Of a stretch of DNA of 64,000 nucleotides, positions 59,961 to 64,000 are shown in pieces. The notes below the pieces were generated by a model that ran no database searches, was not told where the DNA came from, and saw only the letters and a program-made list of their open reading frames with translations. The position numbers were made by a program, and so were the translations under genes. Positions within the stretch are counted from its first letter, which is position 1, and each line of letters starts with the position of its first letter. Source of the stretch: Lingula anatina (lineage: Eukaryota > Animalia > Brachiopoda); NCBI GenBank assembly GCA_051362555.1, contig CM120640.1, positions 11,284,001 to 11,348,000 of the forward strand, read 5' to 3'.

Positions 59961-62394
59961 CAACTGGAGAATCATCATTACCTGGGGTGCAAGCATCTGG
60001 CCAGTTATGTGGCCATGGTCCAACAAGTCCTTTCACACATGGTAAGTTCTTCACCATTCTAAACACTGCATCAGTATAGCCATCAGCCCATCCTCCTAAA
60101 ATAATTTATGTTGCCCTTTAAAGTAACATATGAAGTGAGTGTAGATTCCCTTTACCACAAATAAACCAATTCTACTATTTTCTTAAATGACTCAAATAAA
60201 GTTAGCATGGCAAGGCATAAACCCAATCAATCACTCGATTAACCATAATAAAGCTTTTAAACTGCACCTTCTTCAAATTTCTGGTTGTAACCTATTCAAA
60301 GAGGTTTGAACTCCCAAGATGAAAGTACTTTGAGTTTGTTGATGACATTTTGTCTCTTTCACACACAGTACACTTGAAAAAAATATTTGAGCTGCATAAC
60401 TACATATCTTGGCTTTCTCCGTCCCAAATGTGTCCATTAGATATAGCATAGGTCATGAGCTTACATATGCCCAGATTTTGCTGATTTAAGTGTGCACTGA
60501 AAGGGTCATCATATCAGGGCTTTATTAAGCTCAGCACCAGTGCTATACATCATGGGCACATTTGGGACAAAAAAAAGCCGAGGTATGTTTAGTTGCTCAG
60601 TTCACAAATTTTCTAAAATGTACTAGGTGTGAAAGAGACAAAATGTTAGGGTTATCAATGAACTCAAAGTACTTTCATCTCGGTAGTTCTACCCCGCTTG
60701 TATTTAACCGTCCCTCCAGTTCATAATAGCCAAATTGGCAAAGCTACTGCTTTGCTAGAGTTATTCAAATGAACTGCTAAAACTGACAAAGGTTTATATA
60801 TAGGACAAAAAAAGAGCAGGAAAAACCTGTTCAAATGTCATTTTTCAGGAAATATGGGGGGGTAACAACTAAAATTTAACATTCAATATGAAAAGACTTC
60901 AAAACTACTGACAGTGGATCTGCACAACAAAACATTTTTCATCACCGTATTATTAGCTCAACAGTGACATTTCTATGTGGCATATATTGCATGTCACATT
61001 GAAACCATGGTGTCTTATCTCAAGATGAAGCTCACTTTACCTATGGCAAGCACTGGACAAGTAACCTTGGAAAAATCTTCACAAATGGAGCCCTGTTTCC
61101 AAAAGTCATCCCAGTACTGGTGAGACATCCACTGTTTGGCCCAACATTCTCCTGCTTTTTCCAGGCGTTCAAGCCAGCTCTCCTTCCAGTTTGGAACATT
61201 GTCAGGATTTGGTGGCCTGGCATTGAAGACAAACATGACTGCAGCCCAACTCAGCATGCCATTACCTGAGGATAATTTTAACTAGTTTTTAATATTGATA
61301 GATTAAACCTGTTTTCCTCCTTCCTATTTTAATAGTATATTTCAAATAACTCTTCCCCTGAATCTCAAATTAGTAAAGTCTTTAAGTACCTGGTTGATGA
61401 CTAAATTTCTGTGTTATGGTAAATGATTACAAAGTTAGAAGTTATTGCTATTATCATTATTTTTACTAAATGCTTACCTATGACACAACCTCCATCATAA
61501 TGCATATCAGTCAGATATCTGTCGTCTGTGGAGTACAGAGATATCACAGCTTTGAGGGCTGGGGGCTGGTGGAAAGCTACTTGTAGACCATTGAATCCAC
61601 CCCAACTTTTTCCATACATTCCTACAGCTCCATTACACCAATTCTGCCTGGAGATCCACTCAATGAGATCAATGCAATCTTGTTGTTCTTGAGGAAGGTA
61701 TTCTCCATAGTATAAACCTTCTGAATCACCAGTCCCACGGTAATCAGCACGGATACAGGTGTAGCCATGGGATGTGAACCACACGTGTCGTGGGTGGTCA
61801 CGTACTGCTGTCCAGTCACTTTTGCGATAAGGTAAAGCTTCAAGAATCACAGGCACTGGACTGAAAAATTAATGAAACACTGGCATTGCATTGCAATATG
61901 GCCCCTTAAAAACCTTTGTATTAAGTTTTGACTTATAGAACGTTTTAGCTTTTTATGTGCCTCCACCAGAAGTAAAATCCTGAATAATTTAGAGAAAATA
62001 AAGATGAGCAATTCAGCAACTGATTCTGTACAAAGTGCAACATGTTACACTGGAATCATGTTCCAAGTATTCAGCCAGATGTAACTGGTTGTTATAGGCA
62101 AAACTTTTCCTGTTTAACACTTGGCTGTTTATGTAACCTTAAACAAGTGATTCGAGAAGAAAGAAATATCTACCTTTTAATTGGATCAAAGTCCTCATTG
62201 CCATGGTAGACAGCTTCATGTTTGACACCGGCAAAGTTTGTGCCCTCTAGTGATCTTACTGGGAGCCATATTTTGAGGGCCAGTTTGGTGCCATCTTGCA
62301 AGGGGACTTCATAGTGCGGTATGACTGTGACTGGATGGTTTCCAAAGCCACTTTTTTCACCAATTTCTTTGTTGATCAGCAAAGGCTGAGACAT
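58605..62394 (-). CDS. CocE/NonD family serine hydrolase (peptidase S15/PepX-like), 5 coding exons
   Basis: Exons 62174-62394, 61478-61860 (VILEALPYRK..ADYRGTGDSEG..WCNGAVGMYGKSWGG..YSTDDRYLTDMHYDGG), 61041-61265, 59982-60095 (GGWADGYT..GPWPH), 58605-59827 (C-terminal jelly-roll: LCDVFPDGKSQRIAYGLLNLTHR..GHKIRLAI..WPSAWP). Phases are consistent. Confidence 0.92.
59933..59960. repeat. (TA)n microsatellite
   Basis: Directly visible. Confidence 0.95.
60297..60700. mobile_element. Foldback-type MITE (~400 bp, long imperfect inverted arms)
   Basis: agatgaaagtactttgagtt..acattttgtctctttcacac..gtcccaaatgtg is mirrored by cacatttgggac..gtgtgaaagagacaaaatgt..aactcaaagtactttcatct. Confidence 0.8.
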
Positions 62395-64000
62395 TCTAAA
62401 ATATATAAATAAATGTGTGTGTGTGTGTATGTGTGTGTATAACACTTTTTATCTCAGCTTAAAACTTTGGAATCAGTAACTGCATGCATGTTACGTCATT
62501 GTACATGTGAAGTAAGTATACCCTTGTATGTCAGTAAGAAAACAGTTTTGAATGATGGTTTAAATCCCACAAAAATAAAACAAAGCTACTCAAGCTACTA
62601 TTCACTTTACCTTCACTTGAAAAATACGTACACTTTTGCTACGATCAGTTACACCATATTTTGACCTAGCTAACACTGAAGTGGGTGTATCTATTGACAT
62701 GACCCAATTAAATGCATTCAGCACTTCACTGCATGTATACTGGTACCACTAGTGTGTAATGATACTGAACTTTGCACATATCAAGTACTCGGTGAAATCA
62801 TCTGGGCATGAAGAATGACTGCAAGCAAAACCATTTTCACATGGGTCACTTCACAAAAAAGAGAACATTTTGTTTAATATTTGCATAATCCTGACTTATC
62901 CCTTTATTTTCTCTGCTTTACACTACCGGTATATAGTACCCTCCAATATGGAAAGAAACCAACAGTAATTAAAAAGTGATATAGGACAATTATGCAAATA
63001 TTACACATAATTTTAGTGTCACTGATCCCTCTCAATGTTCTCTTTGTTGTAGAATAAGTACATTATCATGTGTTCATTTTAGTTTGGCCTTCTCTACATT
63101 TAGCATTATATATTTTGCCTAATCAATGCAGATAAATAGAACATAAGCAAAATAATAAACATTTTATTACCCGTTTCCCCCACTACTATAAATATGCTGC
63201 AGTTAAATATATAGCCAGCTCTTTTTCATTTTTCCCAAAAATCAAATATAGTTTATTCAGTTTCAATGGAAAAATATGGACCATGTTTTTTGTGCTTTGT
63301 GTGGTTCTTTTCCCCTTTATCCACTCAGACCTACAAAGGCCCACCTCTGAATGGGGATTTAGAGGCACTCCCTTGAAACATGACTACAATTTGGTATCTT
63401 TTCAATAAATTGTTATCATGCTTCTGTGGTTCCAAGACAAACTGTGGGTAACTTTTCCCAATTCTGTGAGCTCAAATTATTTTTGGGAAGGGATAAGGAG
63501 CAGGTTCTGAAATTCTGCTTTGGAAAAGGACAGGAGCCTTATGGGATACCACTTAACAGAGTAATTCAAGAGATTCACCTTTCCATTTATGATGCAAATG
63601 TAAGAAATCCCATAAGTAAATGGTTTTTGACTATAATGCACTTTAGTAGAGATCTCATTTTGAATTTCCATAGTATTTTAAATGCTGTTGAAACTAATAA
63701 AGGTAGATGGAGCAACATGTTTGGAAGAATGTTTTGCACATAGATTGGTATTTCATTTGATTAATAATGCATAAAAGATAGAGTCTCAGTAAGTAATCCA
63801 GTGATTGACAATTCAGTTTATTACCTTCTCGATCCTAATTTGATATCAAAAGTTATCTATGCAAATTACTCAAAGACAAAGTCATAAAGACTAGACCAGA
63901 GATATAGGCTGAGCAATTTTTAATTACCCTCACCTACAGTATTCACTCATTCATACAGTATAAAAAATCCATAGATGCCCTCAAAGTGGAGTGCATGCAT

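Noticed and set aside
62467-64000. Short ORFs upstream of the CocE-like gene
   Set aside because: AT-rich with no recognisable motifs; likely intron or intergenic.

Overview
AT-rich, intron-dense eukaryotic genomic DNA, probably from a marine invertebrate (lophotrochozoan/mollusc-like, inferred from repeat style and gene content). Manual splicing supports seven genes. (1) A minus-strand secreted mosaic gene (12978 to beyond position 1): signal peptide, TSPN/LamG, coiled coil, VWC, EGF, Kunitz, an unnamed 'GACC' Cys module, VWC-like, then a tyrosinase domain. The tyrosinase exon is missing from the ORF track and its second CuA His is replaced by Arg. (2) A ~34 kb minus-strand EYS/eyes-shut-like gene (LDLa, Thr-rich mucin, about 40 EGF, 5 LamG). 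(3, 4) Two opposite-strand genes nested in its introns: an LRR-TM receptor and a coiled-coil C-type lectin. (5) ATPAF1, head-to-head with the EYS-like gene. (6) TRDMT1/DNMT2. (7) An intron-containing, bacterial-type CocE/NonD (S15) serine hydrolase. Introns carry several MITE families, including a TTAA-flanked element nested in another MITE, plus HINE-like composite repeats and microsatellites. Exon coordinates were derived by hand and some may be off by a few bases.
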